DNA of 64,000 bases from Daphnia carinata. Its lineage: Eukaryota. The stretch spans positions 4,898,001-4,962,000 of the forward strand of contig NC_081332.1 of the NCBI RefSeq assembly GCF_022539665.2. Reading direction: 5' to 3'. Below are positions 1-11,000 of this stretch, piece after piece. The translations under genes and the position numbers were made by a program. Under the pieces are notes generated by a model. The model did not search any database and had not been told where the DNA came from. It saw only the letters and a list, made by a program, of their open reading frames with translations. Every line of letters starts with the position of its first letter. The stretch's first letter is position 1.

Positions 1-213
1 AGGCCAGAACTGGCTGTTCCCCCATAAGCGATACCCAGGCCAATGACACCGAAAGCTGTGATAAACGAGGTATGCTCGATTTCAACGATATGCAGTACGA
101 GAAAAACATTTTGATTGTTTACCTTCAAAGTGTTGCGAAACATCGGGATGTTCGCTGTCAAACTCGTATTGACTGCAGTTGAATTCTAGCATAACATCTT
201 GTGACAAATTCAT
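1..213 (-). CDS. Possible 5' exons of an unidentified gene running off the left edge
   Basis: ATG at 213 opens MNLSQDVMLEFNCSQYEFDSEHPDVSQHFE, followed by a GTAAAC donor at ~122 and open frames to the window edge. No recognisable homology. Confidence 0.3.
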
Positions 214-1310
214 GATGAGACGACACCAATCACAACAGTTTTACCGGCCAGACTAAAGTGCCGCACCCACAGGTGTAAAGAGCGACCACGTCTAGTACCT
301 GAAGTTATCTCAACGTCACTATCGTATTACTTCATATCGGACCGCTGATTAGGAACCTCCAACAATCATCCCTACTGATAAACGCAAGAAAAAGGTATTC
401 GTAATAGTTTAGCACGCGTTTGTGTTTAGATTAATGTTTTCCTTATTTTATATCAATATTAAATTCCGATGCTTGTCAATTTTTTAGATGGTTCTTAACA
501 AACCAGATTTCATAAGTAATTATGATGTCAAAGCGATATAATTTACCGTTACGTTCCTGTAAAGCAGGAACTGGAGCAATTAGGCATAGTCGTGATCAGG
601 CCCGACAACGTTATGTTCTAGTAAAGCCAAAATTTAACGTGGCTTTTCTCGAAAATTAGGTTTCTTATTTTGTACAAAAGCCAGTCTTGTTATATAGCTG
701 CCTGCGTGTAATCATTCCTGTTTAGGTCTTCTCGCGGTAATCCTCTTGATACAACTTGTTCTAGTTCCTTGCATGACGGGATTGCAACGGGGTTTCGTGG
801 AAATGAGCTCGTATCATTAAATATTGCACACAAGAACTTTAACCGTAATGAACGAACAAATATTGAACACAAGGTTGAATTTCACAAGCAGATAAGCCAA
901 ACATTTGTCGGTACGTTCCCGAAACGCTGTCCTTGCTCATGTTCCAAATACCCGAACTGCTTTTTTTTTTTTAAGTTTTTGTTTCTTAGAATTTCGAAGT
1001 CTCAATGACGAAGCCTTACAGCTCGAATTTAAAACTGCACAGTGAGTCCGTAAAATTCATAGAACAAAAGAGAAAGTTTGTTTTTGCGTTCTTTTTGCTT
1101 TTCTGGCTTTTGCAATTCTCGGAAAACGTGTTATCATTGAATTTCCATTCTTGTCCGGTTAGGATCCCCCAACAAATTGATAACTATAAAATTGATTGTA
1201 TAAAAGAGTGTAATTCGTTCGATTTGCTACTTTAAAAAAAAAAAAGTCAGCTCGGCTATTTTACAACGGGAAGCATTCAATTTTACCCATGCATTTTAAT
1301 TGCTCAAAAT

Positions 1311-1989
1311 TTAGGCGGTGGTGACTGGAACTGTTGCAGCAGCAGCAGGGGCAGCTTCAGGGGTAACAGGAGCTACTGGGGCAGCAGATGCAGCGGGAGC
1401 TGCTGAAGCAGCTCTAGCAGCAGCAAGGGCGGCTCGGGCTTCAACGTGAGCGGCCATATGTGCAGCCTTAGCCTGGGCGACTTCGGGTGTGTCCTGTACC
1501 TGGACTGGTGCTACCAAATTGGCGACGGGAGCGACGGGCAGGTCGTTGGACAAGACGCGGAAGCCGCGGTGATCGGCGGTGTATGAAACGCGGACCTCTT
1601 TGCCTTCGGGATTGAAGTAAGCGTAGCTTCCGATCTGGTTGCCGAAAGCATCGCGGTAGTTGGTGGATGCCTGTCCGGGATGAGCATAACCGAAATGGGC
1701 TTGACCCAACTCGTCCTGAGAGTGGTACTGGCTGGCAGTGAAGCTGGGAACTCCGTAGAACGATGGGACAGCTGCTGTCGGAACTCCGGCGTATGCAACA
1801 GGAGCAACTGGGGCACCTGGATAATATCCTCCAGCGCCATATCCGTAGTTGTTAAACCATTGGGCTTGAGCTGCAACAGCGAGAACCAACAAACATGCGA
1901 CCTGTTCAAGTGTAAGTAAAGTAAGTACATTTTAAAGATATGTGTTAGACAATGATTAGCTGAAGAATATGACTTACAGTAGATTTCAT
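1311..1989 (-). CDS. Cuticle protein with Rebers-Riddiford chitin-binding domain (2 exons: 1989-1978, 1901-1311)
   Basis: Micro-exon MKST with GTAAGT donor; CAG acceptor gives signal peptide VACLLVLAVAAQA; R&R motif GSYAYFNPEGKEVRVSYTADHRGFRV; DTPEVAQAKAAH motif; Ala/Pro-rich tail. Confidence 0.93.
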
Positions 1990-2035
1990 TTTGGTTCGCT
2001 GAAATAGATGTGAGAGCAGAGAGAGAGATGGATGA

Positions 2036-2067
2036 TGACTGACTCCATCGGATAAGAGTCTTTTATA
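2036..2067 (-). promoter_or_regulatory. TATA box and Inr of cuticle gene 1
   Basis: TATAAAA on the minus strand at 2067-2061, with TCAGTC about 25-30 nt downstream. Confidence 0.65.
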
Positions 2068-3375
2068 CTCGTTTGGTGAACGAAGGCGTCAACTTTTCCG
2101 GAACAATTCAAAAAAGTATGGCTCAGCCACTAAAGGCCATCATGAATGTCATAGATATACATCGTGTAATTTTTTTTTTGTATGGAAAGTAACTAGCATT
2201 TTTGAATAGTACGGAAGAGGTTTTTTTCCACGTTGGCCTTGTAACGAAGGTCTTGGTTTCAACAATGCAATTAAGAGTACCTGTATAGATTGCACAGACA
2301 TATCGCATAAATCAGTATGGAATCAAAGACAGTTTTGAAACCTTCCGGGCACGTAGGTTTTTTTTTTAGCCTTGCCCTTCCGATTGCCTGGTACACGTGT
2401 GAAGGGTAAACGCCCTTCAGCCCCATTCGTACAAATGGCGCAAAGAGAATTTCGACTGAAAAATTGAGGGCTCCACCCAAATTGTGAACTCGTTCTTGTT
2501 ATATCCTTCATCCTTGACTGTGTCCGATATGACGTCAATTTCGTTTGATTTCCATGGAATTGAACGCAATGACGAGAAGAGATTGAATATCGAGCAGGTT
2601 CCGTTCAATAATTCGGTTAGATTCTTACTACCATTTATGCATAAAAAAGGAGTCTAAGATTATTAGATACATGAAAACAAAGCCATTCTCTTTTTTTTTT
2701 AATGGCTATTTGGACATGTATTAGTTCACAGAAGGATGGGCAATGTAGAAAATTGTGGGGTAGGATGGGTACGAAAGTATTTCATTTTACAACGTACATC
2801 CTTTTGGAAAAATTTTGAAAAGGAAAGGCACGTAATTGTTATATTACCAACGCTTCAATTGTTTAATGTTATGCAATTAATATTTGGAGATTTAAGCTTT
2901 TGTATTCTGGTGTCAACACATAAAGCATGGGTGCGTATATTTTCAAGTGGGTTTTTTTTATTGCAGCATTGTTTAATTTATCTTTCAAACGCTAACAGCT
3001 CATTTTATATTGCAGGACTGGCGCACGTTCCAGATAAAGCCAGTCTACCCTTTTCATAAAAGAAAAAAGTGCCATCCAATATGGCATAAAGTAAACCACT
3101 TTTGCAACCATGACACGAATGCAGTTGCTGAAAGAGGTACGATCTTTATATTCTTAAACATAAGAAAAATAGCTGTAACCAACAGATGTGTTTTTTATGT
3201 GTATGTATTCAAATCGAACGATTTCTTCTATACACATCGATTTTTATATGTACAATGAGAGCTAAGTGTGAGCAAATCGTCTTCTAGGAAAAGAAATTGA
3301 CGCGACGACAATGCAAGAGAAACAAAGGAATCCATGACAAGTATGATGGCAAAAACTAACAACTAGTACCCCAAT

Positions 3376-4905
3376 TTACGCTGAAGAAACTACGTTGGAA
3401 GAAGCAGCCTCCTCTGCGACGGCAACCACAACGGGAGACACATCGGAAGCAGCAGGCTCAGCTTCAACAACTACTACGGGTTCTGGAACGGCGACAACGG
3501 ACTCTGCAACAACTGCGATGGATTGTGAAGCAGCTTCCACGGGTTCTGCAACGGCCACAGTGGGTTCTGCGACAGTTGCTACGGATTCGGAAGCAGCTAC
3601 AACGGGCTCAGCGACAGCGGCTACGGATTCAGAAGCAGCTGCAACGGGCTCCGAAGCGGCTGCAACGGGTTCAGAAGCAGCTACTACGGGCTCGGCGGCA
3701 GTGGCAATGGGCTCAGAAGCGGCTGCAACGGGCTCGGCGACAGTAGCAATGTGCTCCGAAGCGGCTGCAACGGGCTCGGCGACAGCGGCAATGGGCTCCG
3801 AAGCGGCTGCAACGGGCTCGGCGACAACCTCAACTGGTTCTACCGCGGGTTCAGCGACAACTGCAACAGAGTTCGAAGCGGCTGTTTCTGGTTCTATATC
3901 GGCAACAGCGGGTTCCACAACAACTGCAACAGAGTCTGAAGCGGCTGTTTCTGGTTCTATATCGGCAACAGCGGGTTCCACAACAACTGCAACAGAGTCT
4001 GAAGCGGCTGCTACGGGTTCGACGACAACTGCGACAGAGTCCGAAGAGGCCGCTACGGGTTCGACGACGGCGGCAGTTGGTTCTGCAATAGCGGCCATTG
4101 GAGCTACTTCGACGACGGCAACATCGGCAACCGGGGCTGATTCAGCGGCAACTGGAGCTGCGAAAGCCTCAACGGCGGCGACCGGAGCTTCGACTGTGGC
4201 TGCAACATTGACGGGATCTGCAGCGACAGGAGCTACTGGCTTGGGGGCAGCAGCGGCGGCTTTAGCGGCAGCAAGTACAGCTCTGGCTTCGGCGTGCGCA
4301 GCAAAATGAGCTGCTTTAGCCTGGGCCACTTCGGGAGTGTCCTCGACTTGAACAGGTGCAACCAAATTGGCCACAGGTGTTACCGGGGTGGCCACGGGGG
4401 CTACTGGGGTGGCAACGGGCGCTACGGGCAGGTCGTTGGATAAGACGCGGAAGCCGCGGTGATCGGCAGTGTAAGAAACGCGGACCTCTTTGCCTTCGGG
4501 GTTGATGTAAGCGTAGCTGCCGATCTGGTTGCCGAAAGCATCGCGATAGTTGGTGGCTGCCTGCCCAGGGTGAGCATAGCCGAATCGGGCCTGGCCCATC
4601 TCATCTTGAGCGTGGAATTGGCTGGAAGTGAAGCTGGGAACTCCGTAGAACGATGGGACAGCCGGGACTCCGCCGTAAGGAACAGATGGGAAAGGAGCGA
4701 CATGTGGAACAGGAGCGATCGGATAATATCCGCCGAATCCATTCATCGCGTACCCAGTGTTGATCCATCTGGCGTGAGAGGCCGCAGCCAAAACCAAAAC
4801 GCAAGCAACCTTAGGTAGGCAATATTACAAAATTCAAAAGACAATTTAATAAATAGCAATTACATTTTAATATATTTAAATCAAATGACATACGATTGAT
4901 TGCAT
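3376..4905 (-). CDS. Cuticle protein paralog with R&R domain and long acidic Ala/Val/Glu/Pro repeat tail (exons 4905-4894, 4809-3376)
   Basis: Micro-exon MQSI with GTATGT donor; signal peptide VACVLVLAAASHA; motif GSYAYINPEGKEVRVSYTADHRGFRV; EPVAAAS repeats. Confidence 0.93.
3560..4060 (-). repeat. Coding minisatellite with 21, 42 and 63 bp periods
   Basis: Exact 63-bp tandem duplication at 3875-4010 (DSVAVVVEPAVADIEPETAAS) and degenerate 42-bp units (EPVAAASEPIAAVA) at ~3600-3830. Confidence 0.9.
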
Positions 4906-4978
4906 GTTGTATCGCTGAAGAAAGTGTGAGCTGTAAGAAGGAGGGTTGTTGATTGATTTTCTGGCTCACTATCCAGCC

Positions 4979-4985
4979 TTTTATA
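4979..4985 (-). promoter_or_regulatory. TATA box of cuticle gene 2
   Basis: TATAAAA on the minus strand about 75 nt upstream of the ATG, the same offset as in paralog 1. Confidence 0.6.
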
Positions 4986-6100
4986 TTGAAACCTCGACAA
5001 GGAAACATGGTCTAGTCAGCCGGACCTAGTTAATTTTTTTCATTTATTTTCAGACTGGGTGAAAGTACAAGGAAATTGTTTTTTTCATACCGAAAAATAA
5101 TCACAATGCACGCGTTGCTCAATTTTGAGTGTTTAAGAATAACGCGGAACAGGTTCTTCAACGACCTTGCGACAGTATGACTAAGCAAGGTGAACCAGTA
5201 AACTTCAAAGAACCCAGCATCAGATGTGGTATTGAGTAGTGTCGAATGGTACGACACCAGCCCAGGGAAAGGTATCGCCCGGTGTCAAGAACGACTGGTC
5301 CTGAAAAGAACGTAGCCTCAGTCTAAGGCTCGTGCCAAATAAAGGATAAAATTGGCCTGCCGAAGTGCCGATAGCTATTTAAGTATCTCATACTAATGTT
5401 GTAGGATAGCAACTCAGTTCACTTTCACGTAGAATTGTTTGTTTCAGCACCTTCATGATAATTTTTTCGTATATTAGACAAAGGATGCTACAATAATAAA
5501 CATAATTTCTCATTTTTACGTAGGTGAATTGTTAGGTGGAATGGAAACGGAAACCTTGCGCAAGGCAATAAACCCACCTACGATTGGCACGGGCTATCGT
5601 CAAGATACTGATTTGCAGCCGCACCTAAATATTTCGCCATAGCGAATTTCATTGTCAACACACAATAAAGCATGGTAACGTTTCGCCTTGGATAAAAAGC
5701 TTGAATTATCTTTGCATTTCCCATCTAGTGCAATCGATAGCAGTTGAAAGCAACATGGCGCCTGTTCAACTGATTATGACTACAATGAAACAGTCACGAG
5801 AGACCGCGCGCAAAGATAAACGGAAATGTATCACAAGTTTATCTATAGAGTACATGCGCGCTGGCGAAGATATTGATAGGGAAAACACATGATGTACGTG
5901 CGAAAACTATAGTATTATTTAGTTTTCGAATAAGCTTCGGCTGAGAAGTTTGTTAATATCTGTTTGTCACTTTCGTTCGAATATTTTTTATGGCAGGAGC
6001 AAAGGCCCTTGGAAACCAGCAAGTGCATTCATAAAGCTTTCTTTTCACCTGCTTTTTCACAAATTAGTGACATAACTTTGGGCCAAGAGCATCTTCAAGA

Positions 6101-7217
6101 ATGACGCCCAACAGCCATCGTTTACCACAACCTGAATACAATAATGAACATTTAGCACTACTTCCAGAAACATTTACTAAAGCCATGATTGGAGTACTAA
6201 TCTCATGTGGTGTGATTGTAATCGGAATGCAGGTAAGCGACTACTTTCTTATTCGCACTTTTTTTTTCATTTTACTGACTTGACAACTTTTTTGCTTGGC
6301 GAAAAGTCTTACGTTTACTACAATTTTACACAAGTGTACGACGGAAACAGTCTTCCTAGTTCAAACTATGCAAGCTCCTGGGCTGTTTTGTACACTGTCA
6401 TGGCTATGTCCAGTGGTTCGGCCAACGCTTTGATTGGATTCTTTCTATCCTGCGTCATCAGGGCTAAACGACGGCTCATGTAAATAATGTCGACAAAAAC
6501 TGGAAAACATCAAAAATCCATTTGTTGTGATCAATCAATGCTTATCTGTACTAATCATAAAGGATGATCTTCGGGACCATTGCCACTTTTCTCGCTGGCG
6601 TAGCATCGGCTTTGGCAGGTCTTTGTGCCATCGCCGAGCTTATCAAACTCTACAATGACAAGGAGATACCACAACACGTTTGCGTTGGAGCAGCTGACTA
6701 CGAGCCTTTTAAAAGCACCTGTAACACATCGCAAATAACTTTTCCATTTTTTATTATCTGAACTAACATGATATTCTCATGGGCAGGTGTGACGTGGTGG
6801 TGGTTGGAACTGATGGTTGTTATCTTTAGCGGTCTCGCACTTATCGCCAATTTCGCCTGCTTCGTCGTTTTATGTGTCGATATTTGGAATGGGAACTACT
6901 ACAAAGAGCTACAGCAAACAAAATTGCATTCTGTGGAATCGTCCACGTCAGTTTCCACCGTCATTTATTCCCTGTACGGCGATCACAGTACAAAGTCAGG
7001 TGTAATGATACCCCGGATTAATAGTGTGCAAGCAGAGCAACACCGTAAACCAGATGACAAACTTAAATGGAATAGGATTAGCCTTGTTACACGAAACCCT
7101 GTTACCCAAATAGCAGAACAACAAAACCCATCACCTGGGGTGCATCAATTAACACGGAACCGACCTAGTTTACCAATCGTCATTCGGAAGAATACAAGTT
7201 CAGTATATTTTTATTGA
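6101..7217 (+). CDS. Uncharacterised multi-exon protein with about four transmembrane segments
   Basis: Four consecutive short ORFs, each with a hydrophobic helix (AMIGVLISCGVIVIG; ANALIGFFLSCVI; IFGTIATFLAGVASALAGLCAI; WWLELMVVIFSGLALIANFACFVVLC), joined by plausible donors such as GTAAGC at 6233. The third junction is not resolved. Confidence 0.6.
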
Positions 7218-7554
7218 TCCAAGATAATTGATTTCGATTTATTACCTGTATCGCTTGACATGCCTCCTGTGCTTTATATTTATCAAGCTAAATTCTATTC
7301 TCGTATTCCGATTCCATTTATATTGTAGGATTGCCTCCGATTTGGCAACCTCCGACTGTACAAAACAGATGGTTTAGCGTAACAATGGCAGAAATAAAGT
7401 AAGACAGAAATGTATTTTTTATAACATATGAATGTTGTCGGAATAGCAAAGGAATATTAAACTCTTGCATTTCATCCAGTAGCCCTGGTAGGAAGGTTCG
7501 AATGTGAAATTGATCCCATTGTGTTGGAAGAAGCACTTGAGTGAAATCCGTTTG

Positions 7555-7676
7555 CCACTAGATGGCGAATGCATGCTAAATTTGCAAAAAATCTGAAAAG
7601 TATTGAATCTTGCCAATAGATGGCGTTTGCAACATTTAACAAAAAACCCGCAATAGATTATTACCAGTAGATGACG
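7555..7676 (+). promoter_or_regulatory. Three CTCF-like motifs
   Basis: CCACTAGATGGCG 7555-7567, CCAATAGATGGCG 7613-7625 and CCAGTAGATGACG 7664-7676, all in the same orientation. Confidence 0.5.
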
Positions 7677-8071
7677 TTGCAGAGAAAAATTTAATACAAC
7701 AAATTAAAGTCAACATTTGAACTGATTAATCGATACACAAAAAACAAGAACGAAGCGATATGTTTATTAAATGAGAATTTTATGACAAAATACAGCAAAA
7801 ACTGTAGGTCAGGGTTGCACAACCACATGAGGTTTTGTCGGCATTCGTCTGCTAGTGAGATATTCTCCCGCCGAGTAGCTTACGTGCACGTCGTGGTTGT
7901 GTGTGAGAGCGGAATAAAGTGTTACGTGTAAAAACAAGTGATATCCGACCCCAAAGGTTCATGCAATATTAAGAAGAAGTGATATGGAAAAATACCTTCA
8001 TGATTCGTAAAATCTGTGAATTCTCTTTGTCGCTAAACGATGTACAAAATCCGGATTGGGCCGTCACCACG

Positions 8072-11000
8072 ATGCCGGCAGACCTGGTGAATGTCAGACC
8101 AAGTGTTCTATCACAAGATGGTCTCCTAGTCACAACGGCGGGAAACTCGGTAAGTCTTTCTTTCGCGTATTTTTATTTCTTTTAAATTATCGTAAGTAAG
8201 CAAGGGTAGCTGTTTTATCGTTATCGATTTTTTTTACGACTTCTTGTTGACTGTTTCCTCGAATCACCGCATGGGACGAGATTGATTGGCATCTCATATG
8301 TCTATGTCTGCCTTGTACTTTTCTTTTGGGATTGTGCAATATGAGAACCCAAAAAGATACTTTTTATTTTTGAATTTCCCAATATTGAAAATGAATATTT
8401 TATCTCCTTCCAATTGAATTAGAAGTGTGGGAAGAGAGACGAAGTCCTTACGCCATCTGGCCATAGATAATTGAACATTTTTCAAACTCCGGCATCAAAG
8501 AAACCAAAGATGAAATTTCCCGATTACTTTAGTTTAATATCTTTGCCCGCTAATTTTTCATCCTGCTACACCCGGCATCTCGATTAAGGCTTAAAAAAAG
8601 ACGAAACAAATGAGAAAAAAAATTACGGCATGTGATTTTATTTTCCATTTTCGGGGTTTTGAAATTGGTCGTGGTGAAGGACATGGAGAGGTTAGTTGGG
8701 GCGTTGGAAAGCATGGGTACTGACAGGAAAGAGTAAGTGAGTATAGCTCCGGGACATTTTTCTGTTCAGGTTAGCAAAAGCGAATACCCCAACGACAAAT
8801 GTAACTTGGGTACACATTTCATTTTTATTTTGCGAATCTCAAACTTTCTTTTAATAAATGGTAATGACTAAATCCATCGCCATTTTAAATTTAAAGATGG
8901 CGCATGATTATGGCTTCACAGTTCACGCCCTTATCTCATGGGAAACTTTATTTTTAGAAGAAAAAAAAATTTTATGCGTTGGCTTACAGCGTTTAATCCT
9001 CAGCATTTTAGAGCAATTCGAAAATTCTTTTTATTACCCAACAGAATTTAATTTAATGTAGCGACATTGGACACCAGTCGCGTCCTAAGATTGCAGTCTT
9101 TTGTTCTTTTGTTTGGTGGCATTTGCTTTCTCGTATCGTGCTGCCACCTAGCGCCGCTTGGTTGAGCCATTCACCTTTCCCGTTTGCCCTTGAAAAGACC
9201 TTTTTACTACGAAACTGCGCCACAACCTCCCAAATGGGAAACAAAATAAAAAAAAGGCGTCTTTTTTCCCTTGAAAACCACACGATGCATTCACATAATG
9301 TGCGATCGCATTTTTAGTTGTGTTTTTTTTGTTGCGTTGCTGTTGTTTTTCCTCTACCTAATCCACACCTTCCTTCCTGCTTTTCGTTGCTATCCGTACA
9401 ACGACAACGATTCTCAGAGGTCGTTCGTCGGTTTCAGGTGCAAATAATATTTCCGGGGGGGTTGTTTTACTTCGTCATCAAGGGGGGGAATAATATTTGT
9501 GCTTTTCTCTGAAGGTGAAAATTTACCTTCAAATAACATTGGGGGCCCTTTCTCACGGCCACGATATTCTTCTCACTTCTTTCGTATTCTGACTAAATTC
9601 ATTACGCGAAAACCCTGGGGAAAAGCGATGTTAAACAGGGAAATAAATTCATCCGTTCTACTTTTTTGTTGTGATCTCCGTCATTGACACGTGGATAGCA
9701 ATTTTACAAAAAAAAACTAACGACGAGTGCGAACCAAAGCCCTACGAGATTTTTGCTCACGAGTTCACGCTTAACACTATACGGAAGCGTCAAGTAAAAA
9801 AAAAAAAATACCAAACTTTCTCGATTCAACAAAAAAAAAAGAGCTTAAAGCGTAAGAAATAAAGCGTTTGGCTTCTCACAAAATAATGAGCTTTATCATG
9901 TTGTTCTTACGTACCCGAGAATGACGTCACACTGTTGTTCTCTTGCTTTGGATACAGCGCGTATTGTCGAATCGGTCACATCCTTCCCACAGAACCACTT
10001 ATGTTGCCTCCATTATTTGTGTGTTTTGCCTTTTAAAAAAAAAAATCCCAGTCGCCTGGACTTTGCTCATTCGATCAAAAAGCCATGAAATGAAGTAAAT
10101 AACATACAAGTGATAACGGGATGATATGGCGCATTTTGACTAACGCAGACTACTATTAAACTTAAATGCGTAGTAGAAAATTCAATCTTTCCAAAAAAAA
10201 TCGCAGTTTAAACGAGATTTTTGTTGTTGTTGAAAGAACGTGTGCGACAGGTACATTGTGCGTGAATCTTCTTTTTGAACGAGTTTCCTAGTATTTTGTT
10301 TTCTGGATGTTTTGTTTTTCTCATTTAGCTCAACACACTTGTTCAGCGTGCGTCAAGACGTTCATTGTTATTGTATCAGTAGACAACGTGTATTTGTCTT
10401 CCTTTTGTTTTCCTGGATCTTTAAATCTGGTTTAAAGGGTGGGGTGATTCGGAGGAGAAATCCAGGTAGCAACACAATCATCTTAAAATAATTCCCTCAA
10501 TCCAATGTAGGTGACTGAAACTATTATTTTTTCTTTTCTTTTAATCCAAAGGCTATCAACTACCTGTGGTCTCTAGGGTCAGGGCTAAAAAAGATCCAGG
10601 TCGAACCTCCACCTGAAAATTTGTTTTAAAGGAGATTTCTTTTTTTTTTCTTCTTTCTGGGCGAAACTCCAAAAAAAAGAGAAGAGACAGGATGACCATT
10701 GTGTGTTCCATGCCTGCAGTGATATTTTCTATGGAAAATAACTTTGAATATGAATTTTGAAAAAAAAAAAGAGGGGCTCCTTTTTTGTTTAAATTGTATG
10801 GGGGAGAACAGCTGTGTATGTATACGGTTTCCCTTCCCCTTCTGTGGAGGGGGGCGATCAGCTGTTTTGAAACAGCTACAGGCGGTTTTTTGAGTCTCCT
10901 TTGTTTTCGTCCTCTACGGCTTGTCCTCTAACCACTCTCTTCTTTCAGCCAAATTCGGTCCCTTGCCATATCGGGACCCTAGCAGCACCGGTTCCCCCAA

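Noticed and set aside
3395..4309. 304-aa Ala/Thr/Ser-rich plus-strand ORF
   Set aside because: Antisense shadow of the repetitive cuticle CDS; starts at TTG and has no independent gene signals.
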